Assembly (NCBI GenBank): GCA_947169105.1
Contig: CAMVOL010000004.1
Span: forward strand, 40,656-104,655
DNA length: 64,000 nt
Direction: 5' to 3'
DNA from: an uncultured Bacteroidales bacterium
Lineage (GTDB): Bacteria; Bacteroidota; Bacteroidia; Bacteroidales; WCHB1-69
The notes below the pieces were generated by a model. That model ran no database searches and was not told where the DNA came from. It was given only the letters and a program-made list of their open reading frames with translations. Shown here piece by piece: positions 9,555 to 20,100 of the stretch; the stretch's first letter is position 1, and every line of letters starts with the position of its first letter. Both the position numbers and the translations under genes were made by a program.

Positions 9555-12068
9555 TTATTGGAATGTGTAGTTGATGCCGAGGTAGAAGGTGGTGCCGAGT
9601 GCGTAGTAGTACTTGTTAGGGTATTTGTTCACATCGTAATTCTTATAGTCGAAACGGCGCTGCTCCCAAGCGGTGGTGACGAGGTTCTTGTTGTTGGTCA
9701 GGTTGGTGACGCTGATGTTGAAACCGAGAGTGCTATTCTTGATCTTCCAGCTCTTGCCGATGGAGGCGTCCATCGTGAACTGTCCTTTGAGGCGTTCTTG
9801 GGCGACGAGGTCCTGATAGAGCTGCGATTCCGTGGAGAGGGTGCCGCGGGCGGCGGTGGTTCTCCGTTCGGGGTTGAGGTCGGCGTAAATCTTGTCGAAA
9901 TAGTTGGCATTGACGCTCACGAACCAGTACTTGTAGTTGAACTTCACGCCGAGGGTGGCGGCCACTTGCGGTGTGCCGGCCACGTGGAAGTTCTTCCAAT
10001 AGACGGTTTCAGTGTATTGGCTTTCGCCGTTGCCGAGGATGTCGTATCCGTTATCCGCGGTGATGGTCACGTCCGGACGATTGGTATAGCGGTAGTCGCC
10101 CCACGTGCCGGCGGCATACACCGTGAACATTGAGCCAATGGGCACTTCCACACCCAGCTCAAAACCGTAGTTGCGCTTGTTGATGCCGGTCATGGAGTAG
10201 TTGACGTAGCTGCCGTAATCGTCGTGGTAGAAGCTGAACAGGCTGGTCACATCCATGAACGCGCCGTAATAGGCGGTGAGGCGCATCCTCATGAAGGGAT
10301 AGCGCATGATGTAGGAAAAGTCGGCCATCAGGTTCTTTTCGCTCTTAAGGTTGGAAACGTAGTCGTTGCGGATGGTGGGGCTGATGAACACATCGAGGAC
10401 GCGCGGAGCCATCGTTTGTGCCTGTGCGTTCAGAACGAGGTAGTTACGGCCATTAATTTTGTAGGTGATGCCCGCTTTCACTCCACCGTCGGAGAAAACC
10501 TTCTTTTCAGAATTGCCCTGCGAGTTGTCGGGGAAACGGCCGTTACGCATATAGCCGTGACGCCACATTTCCGTCGTCGTGCCGTTCACGCCGACATGGA
10601 AGTCGATATGTGCGTAGGTGAACTTGGCCGTCGCCCATAGGTTCTGTCTATTGATGTAATAGGCGTAGTCGTAACCGAACTTGTCGCCCACGCCGAGATG
10701 CGCCCCGATGTTGTCGAGGTCATCGTACAACAGGTACGGGTTGTCGGGACTTTCGCCGTCAGCATACTTGTCCATGTTCAGCCAGTAACTTCCACCAAGC
10801 AAGTCGTTGATAGTCTTGTAATTGCGCTGCTTGAAGGCGCGGATGTCCACACCGCCCATCAGTTTGATATGGTCGGTAAGGTTGGCGATGATGTTGGCGT
10901 TGGCCATCGCCTGCACGTGGCTGATGACGCGGTTCTCCACGATGTATTGTGCCTGCTCGCCGAGTTGTGCCGCCAACTGGTTGGTCTCGTACATTGACAT
11001 CCAGTCGATCTGGCGGAAATTCTCGTTGGTGGTCCACTGTTCGGTGTAGTAGTTGAACAGGAGCGGATCATCCTTGTAATAGCTCGGAAGGTTGCGGTAG
11101 TAGTCGGGGCGCGGGTCCGGCACGTTGGCCCAGTTGAGGGAGGTGGTGCTCTGTTTCCCGAAGGTGGTCCCGATGTTGGCGGTGATTTGGAGAATGTTGT
11201 TGTCGGGGGTGAAGTTGTAGGTCATCAGGAAGACGGGTTCGAAGGTGGTGCGGATGCGGGCGTTTCGTTTTTCGCCGTCGTACCAACCCCAGTTGGCGTT
11301 GTAGTAGTGGCTGCCAGCGAGGTCATAGACTTCTTGTGGGGCGTTCGATTGAAGGCTCCGTTGGGTAGGAGATCGCCACACAGACAGGCTGAGGGCGTGT
11401 TCGGAGTTGAAGACCTTTTCTACGGACAAGAAGTAGCTTCCGCCGAGGTAGCTGCTGCCGTCCACGTAGCCGAGGTTGGTGCCGAAACGGGTGGAGGCGG
11501 AGGCGGCCACGGCCCAGCCGTTCTTCATCAGGCCGCTTGCATAGGTGAACATCAGGCGGTTGTTGTAGCTGCGGTTCGTCAGGGAGTAGTTGGCGTGGAT
11601 CTGCTTGCGGTACGACGAGGCGCGGGTGCTGAAGTTGGTGGAGCCGGCCAAGTCACCGAAGGCGAAAGAGGCAGGGTTGAGATTCAGCACGTTCTCGGGC
11701 CAGCGGAACACACGGTTGAGGCCGCCCCACTGCGAATAGGAGGCACGGCCCGTCACGAGGTTCTCCATCTCTATCCCGTTGATGGCCACCGTCTGGTATC
11801 TCGCGTCAAGGCCCCTCGACTTGAAATAGGCGATGCTGAAGGTGTAGGAGGTGTTGTTGCTGAAAACGTCCTGAGCGGAGTGCAGCAGCCCCGGCACGAA
11901 GCCGCCGGTGGAGGTCTCCTCGTCATCTACATTTTCGGAGTCAAATGCCGTGCCGGCCGTTTCAGTACCCTGCACGGTCACACTGTCTTTGCTACTCTTG
12001 TCCTCTTGTGAAAATGCAGTCCCACAAACAAATGCGAGGATGAGAGCCGCCAGTAAAGATTTTTTCAT
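9555..12068 (-). CDS. TonB-dependent receptor-type outer-membrane beta-barrel
   Basis: 837 aa with signal peptide. Plug-like SRGLDARYQTVAINGIEMENLVTGRASYSQWGGLN. Alternating beta-strand pattern with a terminal aromatic (YLGINYTFQ). Confidence 0.8.
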   Translation of the reverse strand: MKKSLLAALILAFVCGTAFSQEDKSSKDSVTVQGTETAGTAFDSENVDDEETSTGGFVPGLLHSAQDVFSNNTSYTFSIAYFKSRGLDARYQTVAINGIEMENLVTGRASYSQWGGLNRVFRWPENVLNLNPASFAFGDLAGSTNFSTRASSYRKQIHANYSLTNRSYNNRLMFTYASGLMKNGWAVAASASTRFGTNLGYVDGSSYLGGSYFLSVEKVFNSEHALSLSVWRSPTQRSLQSNAPQEVYDLAGSHYYNANWGWYDGEKRNARIRTTFEPVFLMTYNFTPDNNILQITANIGTTFGKQSTTSLNWANVPDPRPDYYRNLPSYYKDDPLLFNYYTEQWTTNENFRQIDWMSMYETNQLAAQLGEQAQYIVENRVISHVQAMANANIIANLTDHIKLMGGVDIRAFKQRNYKTINDLLGGSYWLNMDKYADGESPDNPYLLYDDLDNIGAHLGVGDKFGYDYAYYINRQNLWATAKFTYAHIDFHVGVNGTTTEMWRHGYMRNGRFPDNSQGNSEKKVFSDGGVKAGITYKINGRNYLVLNAQAQTMAPRVLDVFISPTIRNDYVSNLKSEKNLMADFSYIMRYPFMRMRLTAYYGAFMDVTSLFSFYHDDYGSYVNYSMTGINKRNYGFELGVEVPIGSMFTVYAAGTWGDYRYTNRPDVTITADNGYDILGNGESQYTETVYWKNFHVAGTPQVAATLGVKFNYKYWFVSVNANYFDKIYADLNPERRTTAARGTLSTESQLYQDLVAQERLKGQFTMDASIGKSWKIKNSTLGFNISVTNLTNNKNLVTTAWEQRRFDYKNYDVNKYPNKYYYALGTTFYLGINYTFQ

Positions 12069-12099
12069 AGGTGTATTCTATTGTTGAAAAATAAGGGTG

Positions 12100-12107
12100 C
12101 AAATTTA
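12100..12107 (-). promoter_or_regulatory. -7 box (TAaaTTTG) for the TonB-receptor cluster
   Basis: The + strand caaattta reads TAAATTTG on the - strand, about 32 nt upstream of ATG 12068. Confidence 0.6.
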
Positions 12108-12128
12108 CAAATTTGTTCGTTACAATAC

Positions 12129-12160
12129 AAAAAAAGAGACGTCATATTATGGCGTCTCTT
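12129..12160 (-). terminator. rho-independent terminator after the esterase gene
   Basis: On the - strand: agagacg-ccataatatga-cgtctct followed by ttttttt. Confidence 0.75.
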
Positions 12161-12179
12161 CAATTAAATTTCACTGCAA

Positions 12180-14072
12180 TTATTCCTTCACCACCTTCCG
12201 CACGCCGATGATGCGGACGTTGTCCACCAATTTGATCAGGTAAACGCCGGTGGCGTAACGGGACAGGTCGATTTGCACAGTCTGTACGGACGCACTGCGT
12301 GCGTCCGAAATATCCACAGCATCCAACACCCTACCGTATACATCCAACACCTGAATCTCACCGGCCCCTGATTGTACATTGTTCATTGTACATTGTACAT
12401 TGACAATCCCGTTGGTGGGGTTCGGGTAGAGGAAGAGGAGGCCGCCATTCCAATCTTCCACTGCCTCATCTGTATAGAAGAAACAATTTGTGGTATCTGA
12501 ACACCCATTCAAGGTAATGATACAAGCATAATAGGTGTCAAGCATTGGCGGGTATAGGAAACCCTCATGGGTTTCTCCCTCAATGGGTTCATAGTTCTCA
12601 CAATACACCCACTGGTATTCTGCAGCTGGATCTGCGAATCCAATTTCCCAATAGCCATCGGTATCCCATAGATCATAATGAATCGTAGTCACGGTCAGGT
12701 GCAATGTAACCACTGAGTCACAACCGTACTGAGTTGAGAATTGAAAATTGAAAACTGAAAAATTAGGAGTGCCGATTTCGAAGGTCGTGTCAATCTCACC
12801 GTTTTCGTAGTGGTAGGGCAGGTCGTTTTCGCAAATTTCGACCGTATCATTCAGTGCGGAATAGTCGCAAAGAGTAGTGAAAATCACCTCGTCGCTGTAG
12901 GCCGTCCCCACCTCGTTGGTGGCGTAGGCACGTGCGTAGTAGGTGGTGTTGGGCGTGAGGTCCGTAAGGATGCTGATGAAAGAGCCTGTGCCGACGGAGT
13001 CGGTGGTGTGCAGGTTGGTGATGGTCGGGCGAGGGGAGGTGCTCCAGCAAACACCACGGGCGGTTACCGCTACACTACCTTCCGACGTAACCTCTCCGCC
13101 GAAGGTAGCAGTAGTGGCGGCGATGTCGGTGGAAGTGGTGGTGACGGTGGGAACATTGCCCAGACAGGAGGCAAAGAAGTTGTAGATTTCGTCGGTGAAA
13201 TCCACATCGCGGTAAGGACCGTGGCACCATTCGTGCTCGCCGCCGTTCACTTTGATCAGGACGGTCTTCGTGCCGAAGGTGCCGTCGCCGTAGTAGAATT
13301 TCTCGAAAAGCCGGCCGTCGTCGCAGATGTCGGGGAAGATGGTGTGGACGGCGGTGTCGGAGCATTGGTTGTAGCTGCGCCAGAACTCGATGGTGGAATC
13401 CACGCCGAGCCCGACATTCACATCGACGATATACTGGAAACTTCCGCTGGCGTAGGTCACGATACTGTCGGCGGTGCCGTGGAGGTGCATCACGCTCACG
13501 TGGCCGACGGGTGTGTAGGAGGTGATTTCGTTGCCGATGGTGCCGCAAACGGGCGCAATGGCCTTGATGCGGTCGCCGTGCTCAATCGCCATCCGGTGCG
13601 ACATGAAGCCTCCCATCGAAACTCCGGTACAGAAAATATTGCTCTGGTCGATGTTGTAATGGTTGGCAAGTGTGTCCAGAATGGCCATCATCAGGCCGGT
13701 GTCGTCCCGATCTTCACTCGCCACAATCGTGTCCCCCTCCACGACGGCGCTGACACCGGAGTGCCAAGCGTTCATTGTGATGGTCGTGTCCATCGCGGTG
13801 AAGGTGTCGGGCAGCGCCTGCGGGGTGATGGTAATCCATCCCTGTTCGGCAGCAATCCTGTTGAAGTCAGCGTTGTACAAAACTTCGTACATATTACCCC
13901 CAAGTCCGTGGAAGATAAAGACCACCGGTGTGGGCGTGCTGGCATCGTAAGTTTCAGGAACATACTCCAAATACTGGCGGGTGGTGTCCTCCCAGCTGAT
14001 GGTCTTGAGGGTTTGGGAAAAGACTGGAAGGCAGAAACATACTGCCACCAATAATGCGATGGATTTTTTCAT
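12180..14072 (-). CDS. secreted esterase (PHB-depolymerase/LpqC-like alpha/beta hydrolase) with one Cys module and a T9SS CTD
   Basis: 630 aa with signal peptide. VVFIFHGLGG and nucleophile elbow CTGVSMGGFMSH. Module ...CENDLPYHYENGEIDTTF...GCDSVVTLHLTV. CTD LFLYPNPTNGIVNVQ...GVYLIKLVDNVRIIGVRKVVKE. Confidence 0.8.
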   Translation of the reverse strand: MKKSIALLVAVCFCLPVFSQTLKTISWEDTTRQYLEYVPETYDASTPTPVVFIFHGLGGNMYEVLYNADFNRIAAEQGWITITPQALPDTFTAMDTTITMNAWHSGVSAVVEGDTIVASEDRDDTGLMMAILDTLANHYNIDQSNIFCTGVSMGGFMSHRMAIEHGDRIKAIAPVCGTIGNEITSYTPVGHVSVMHLHGTADSIVTYASGSFQYIVDVNVGLGVDSTIEFWRSYNQCSDTAVHTIFPDICDDGRLFEKFYYGDGTFGTKTVLIKVNGGEHEWCHGPYRDVDFTDEIYNFFASCLGNVPTVTTTSTDIAATTATFGGEVTSEGSVAVTARGVCWSTSPRPTITNLHTTDSVGTGSFISILTDLTPNTTYYARAYATNEVGTAYSDEVIFTTLCDYSALNDTVEICENDLPYHYENGEIDTTFEIGTPNFSVFNFQFSTQYGCDSVVTLHLTVTTIHYDLWDTDGYWEIGFADPAAEYQWVYCENYEPIEGETHEGFLYPPMLDTYYACIITLNGCSDTTNCFFYTDEAVEDWNGGLLFLYPNPTNGIVNVQCTMNNVQSGAGEIQVLDVYGRVLDAVDISDARSASVQTVQIDLSRYATGVYLIKLVDNVRIIGVRKVVKE

Positions 14073-14114
14073 TGCTGACTCATTAAATTCACTTTTAATC
14101 TTTTACTTTTAACT

Positions 14115-17100
14115 TTATTCCTTCACCACCTTCCGTACTGCCATGACCTTGCCGTCATTCACCAATTTTATCAGATAAATGCCAGTGGCGTAATGCGACA
14201 AGTCGATTTGGGTCCTTTCGTCACGGATGGGCATGATCTGTAACCGCTGGCCATAGATGTCGAATATTTGGATTTCAGGGTTCAGGGTACAGGTCTCAGG
14301 TGTCAGTTGGAGGGTGACGGTGCTGTTGGTGGGGTTGGGGTAGAGGTTGAGGATGCCATCGCCCCATTCAGCCACACCTGTAGTGACGGTGACGGTCTTA
14401 CCTGTGCTCAGCTCGCACGGTCCATAGGTCACCGTGACATAGTAGGTGGTAGTTTCGGTGGGCGACACAGTGATGGAGTTGGTCGTGGCGCCGGTGCTCC
14501 ACAGGTAGCTACATTGTGAATTGAACGTTGCGGTGAGCGTTGTGCTCTGTCCTGCGGTTATGCTCGTGTTCCCGGTGATGGTGATGGCGGGCGGTTGCAC
14601 GATGGTGAGGTGCAGCGAGGCGTGAACATCGTAACCGAGCGGAGAGGTATAGTCGTGCAGGTAGGTGCCGCTTTGATGGTAGTTAGTGCCGTACCATTCA
14701 TATTCCACACACGCAGTCACGTTGGTGTCAATATAGACGGCTTCGCCGTTATAGACGATATTGGAGCGTGCACCGGTGTAGGTCTCGGAACGGCGCAGGC
14801 AGCTGCTGCTCATCACCACTTCAATCTGGTAGAAAAGTGCCCCATCCACGTTGTCGTAGTCGGTGTAGGAGGTGAGAGTGGAGGGGATGGTGGTGATCTC
14901 TTCCAAGTTGTTGTTGGCCGTTCCGCGATAAAGCTTGTAGCTGGAGAATTCGAACCCTTCGTAGTGGGTCCAGATGAGGTTCCAACTATTGCCGATGCCT
15001 CGGTTGATGGTGAGATGGACGGTCTTGTGCAGTTCGCTCATCGGCGTCTCGCCCTGACAGACATCCATCGCCGTCACCTTGTAGCGCCATGCGCGCACGG
15101 TCGGGTCGGCGGTGATATCCTCGTAAGAGTTGCCCTGCGAGGCGGGCACCGTGGCTAACAACTCATAGACGTTGGCTTGGTCATTCTCACGGTAGATGCG
15201 GTAGTTCTGGACGTTGGTGTTCTCGATTTCCTCCCAGACGACGAGGTTGTGGCCATTCTCCACACCCACCATGCAGATGGCGGGTATTTCAGGAATCAGC
15301 TCGCTGCCTCCTAACTGGGTCACTTCGGTTATGCTGGAACAACCATTGGTATCGGTGAGGGAAACCCAGTAAAAACCGGGCGCGCTGACTTCCAACGTGG
15401 GCGTGGTGGCGCCGGTGGACCAAGTGTAGGTGGCGTAACTGCCCTCCACAGACAGGGTGGCGCTGCCGCTTTCGCAGGCCGTAACTTGACCGTCCACCAC
15501 CAGCTGGGGCGCGCTGACGGGAATCACTGTGAGTGTGAGCGTGATCAGACTGTCACATTCGTCCATAGTGGAAAGGTGGAAATTATGAACGGACAATTCG
15601 GGTGTCTCCGTCCCGAAGATGGTGTCAATCTGTCCGTTAATGTAATGGTAGGGGAGTTCGTTCTGGCAGATGATGGCTTCGAGCGGGATGCTGTAGGAGG
15701 GGTTCACCGTAAGGTGGAGCGTGACAGTGCTGTCGCAGCCGTGAGAAGTCGAAAAATGGAAATCGAAAGTCGAAAAATGGGGTGTCTCCGTCCCGAAGAT
15801 GGTGTCAATCTGTCCGTTGATGTAATGGTAGGGGAGTTCGTTCTGGCAAGTGGTGGCGAAAATGTCAGAGAAGACAGCCTGATATATCGTAAGATGGAGC
15901 GTGACGGTGCTGTCGCATCCTGCCGCATTGGTGAAGACCTGCTGGTAGTCGCCGCTTTCCTCGTAAGTGCTTTCGTTCCATCTGTAAAGGTAGCAGGCCT
16001 CGTCATCAAACTGGAAAATGTTGCTTTGTCTGATGGTGAGGTGGAGGGTCACGATGCTGTCGCAGCCAGTGGAGGCGGTGAACGTCTGTTCCTTGTTACC
16101 GCTGGTGGTGTAAGGCACACCGTTCCAGACATAAAGGTCGCAGGTGTCGATGCTGAATTCAGTGGTGATGACATCCATAATGGTGAAGCGCATGAAAACG
16201 GTGCTGTCGCAGTCGTGGACGGTGGACAACTGGATGGGGATCGTGTCGTGCTCCGGAGCATCCTCATCAATAATCATCCCCTGATAGTAGTATGGTAGTG
16301 CGCTCCGGCAGAGCATCATGGAATCCACAGTGGTTACGGAATGATGTACGGTCAGGTGCAGGGTGACGATGCTGTCACATCCTGTCGCCGCTTGAAGAAC
16401 CTGTTCGTAATCACCTGTTTCATAATAGGTCGAATCATACCAACGGAAAGAATCGCAGGCTTCGGCGTGAAATTCGCCATATACTATCGGGTTGATGGAG
16501 AGGATGAGCGTGACGGTGCTGTCGCAACCAGCGACAGTCTCCAAATGGGCAGTGCGTGTGACGGGTGTCGTATAGTATTGTCCGTCAAAAAAGTAGGATT
16601 CACCTTGGCAGATGGCGGTGTCGATGCGGATGTTGTATTTCGGATTTACTTGCAGGTTCAGATAGACGATGTAGTCTGTTCCTCCTTCATAGTAAATGAT
16701 GGTGTCCTTGAACAGGCCGGGCGCTTCGGGATACACAAAGTACTCACCATTATTATAGGAGAAGCTCGAACCGAGGCAGATGCTACTGTCGATGGTTTGG
16801 ATGGTCACATCTCCGAATTCGTAGGCTCCGATGTCAATACGATTCTGCTTGATGCGCAGTGAGCCGCCAAGGTCGTAAGTGGGCAGGTTGAGGGAGGTGT
16901 TGCTGGAGTTGCCCGCATTGATGCAAGCGGATCCGGAAGCGAGGTGATAGTCCACATCTTCCTGTGTGCTGATGCCGGCTTCGGCGGTGGGGTTCACGAA
17001 CCTGACATAGTTGACGCCTACGGTTCCCCCGTTGTTGGCGGACTCCAAGGTGATGTTGCCGGTGGCATCTAATCCGCCTTCCACTGCACAATAGGTGAAT

Positions 17101-20100
17101 GTGCCGTCGCCATAGATGTTGCCGGCTTCCTCCATCGCCTTGTTACCCCAAATGATGCAGTTGGTGTATTCGTTGTCGGTGCTGTAATTGTAAATGCCGC
17201 CTCTGCAATAGTTGCTATTCGAACTGGTCGATTTGTTGTTGACAATATTACAGTTGACGAAACGGGAATGATTCCTTGCCGATATGCCTGCCGCACTATA
17301 ATAGGAGTTGTTTGTGGTCGTATTGTTGGCGATGTTCACATTTACGTACAAACCGCCGTTGGTATATAGGCCGCCACCGTTGTTGTTGGTGATGGAGGTG
17401 TTGAAAATCTGCACGGACGCGTTGTCGCTATAAACGCCGTAATTACTTGAGCCATTGTTCTCTATTACGCACTCTTTCACCGTCCCTGTCGTGATGTACA
17501 AGCCAGAACTCCTGTTCTGTCGCATAGTGCTGTTCGACAGGGTGCCGGTGGAATTAAAGTAAATGCCATAATTGTTGTTGTTCTGCGCCGTGCTGTTGCT
17601 TACATTAGTTCCGCCTTCGCAGCGTAAGCCGTAACCTTTGTTTCCGTCAAACATGCAGTGGTCAATACGGCAGTCTTTGGCCCACACGCCATATTGGTGG
17701 TTCCCGGAAAACGTGCAGTTGGACAAATCGGTGTTGGCCAACAGGTATGCGCCGGCATAGTCGCTGGTCGAGGTTACAAATCCGTTACGGAAGGTCAAGC
17801 CGTCGAAGATGCTACCATTGCCTTCGTCAAACGGGCAGCTTTTGTCAAGCACACGGTAGGCCGAGTCGCCGTCCACAACGGTAGCATGGGCGGAGAAGTC
17901 GCGCTGGGTAAGGTCGTAGGGATAAGGTTCATTGCCCTCGAAGCTGCCATAGACGGCCACTTTGGGCTGTGTGATGAGCGAATGTCCGGGCGTGTAGGTG
18001 CCGTTTGCTACCCAGACCATCGCGGGAGGTTCGCATCCCATGGCCACATCCATCGCATACTGGAGGTTGGCGGTGGCGTTACCCCAAGAGGAACCGTCCT
18101 GTGAACCCGCCCCCGTCGTCGTTACATATATTATATTGTTGTTCGCTTCGGGATGCAGAGGGAATGCCATATCATGTTCCGATTCGTAGGCACCGATGTC
18201 AGCACGCTCCTGCTGGATGCGGGTGTTGCCGCCAAGGTCGGTGGCGATGTCTTCCACAAAGATATTTCGGCCCAAATTGGCGCAGATGGAACCAGCTTGC
18301 AGCGTCCAGTCGCCGATGACGTTGTTCACATCAACCCCCGCTTCGGTGGTAGGGCTGGTGAATAAGGGATAGCCCACGCCTGTGCCGGAATTGTTCTTCT
18401 CTAATGTTATGGCGCCGCTGTAGCCGCCCTGCACGGCCGAATTTTCCATCGTGAAATAGTTGCTACCGTTCGTTGCTAACTGGTTGTCGTTGGCGCCCAC
18501 CTTGTTGCCCCACACGATGCTGTTCTGCAATGTGCAGGCGGATGAGGTGTAAAAGCCGCCGCCCTTGCTTACGGCCGAGTTGCGCACGATGTCGCAGGCG
18601 ATGAAACGGATGTTTCCGTTGCTGTTGGACACACCGCCGCCATTGCTGCCTGCCTCGTTATTTCCAATCAGGCATTGCATATAGGTTACCATTCCGTTAT
18701 AGCCGGTGCACACGCCTCCGCCGTTTGTGCGGGCGGTGTTGTTGCTGATTACACAGTTGGTCACTTGCGATACGGAGGAACTATAGTTGTTATGGTAGAT
18801 GCCGCCGCCTGTTGCCGCACTGTTGCGGGTGACAGACGTGTTGCGGATGGTGCTGTTCTGGTAGTCATAGATGCCGCCGCCGTATGTGTTCCAGTTGTCG
18901 CCATTGCTTTCATACTTCGACAGGTTGTTGCGGATGTCGCAGCCCTCGATAATGCCGTTCTTGTTGTAAACGCCCACGCCATATACCTTGTGGCCTGATC
19001 CGGTGCCCGAAAGGTCAATCCGGTTGGTGTGAATCGTGCAGTTGGACAGTGTGCCTCCGTCATTATATACGGCCACCCCGTTGCGTGTCACGTTGCTCTC
19101 AGAACCGGATATAGACGAAATGTTGTTTGTGATTACGCAGTTCTGGAGGGTGCAGTACTTGCGGATGTAGGCGCCGCCGCCCGACCCCACAGTATTCACG
19201 GAACCGCCCCTGATGCAGAAGCCGTCGAACAGGGTGGCGGTGGCTTCCGTGAAGTCAGCACTCTGGTATAGCACGCGACGGGAACCGGAACCGTATAGGA
19301 TGGTATTGTTCATATTGGCCTGTGTGCGGTTGCTGAGGTCGTAGTCCGCCGGCTCGTTGCCGACAAAGCCGCCGTATGCCCGCACGTTGGGCTTGATTTC
19401 ATAGCTGTTGTCCGCTGAGGTGTTGCCGGTGTAAGTTTCGGCCTTCACGTAGAGGTAGGGGGTCACATCGGTGAACGTGTTGGCGATGTCCATCGCCTCC
19501 TGCAGCTCCATGGCATTCTCCCATGAAGTGCCATCGTGCAGGCCTTCGCCGGTGGAGGTGACAAAAATGACCTTGCGCACAATCAGGTGCAGAACCACCA
19601 AGCTGTCGCATTCGTCATTCACATACCAACGATGCTGGTAGATACCCTGCTCACTGACAGGGGTGCCGTAGAAATCGTATGTGCCGCCTTCGTTGATGGT
19701 GACTTCCATGTCGCGCCGCATCGCACAATTGGTACTTTTGCAGAAACGCAGGTTGTTACGATAGCTGGTGGTAGTAATGTTGCGAATGTCGCTGGGATTC
19801 TCTATGTCAATGAATGAATTACTTCTCCCATAAATAGCCCTAGCAGTCCAATCAGTTTTGTAGGTGGTGGAAGAAAATGAATCGTTGTCGTTCCCACTGT
19901 TGTTCAGGAAAGCCACTACTATATTGGAAGTGCCGTCCCACAGGAACGGGTTACTAAATACAATGGTGACCCATTCTTCATCCAATGTCACTTCCCCGCT
20001 GAAAACTTCCTGCATACGGAAAGCAGGAATCCATGTGGTACTAGTCAGATTGTTTTGGAGCGTGTTCCCCATCCATACACTTACTGGGGACTTCGTTTGA

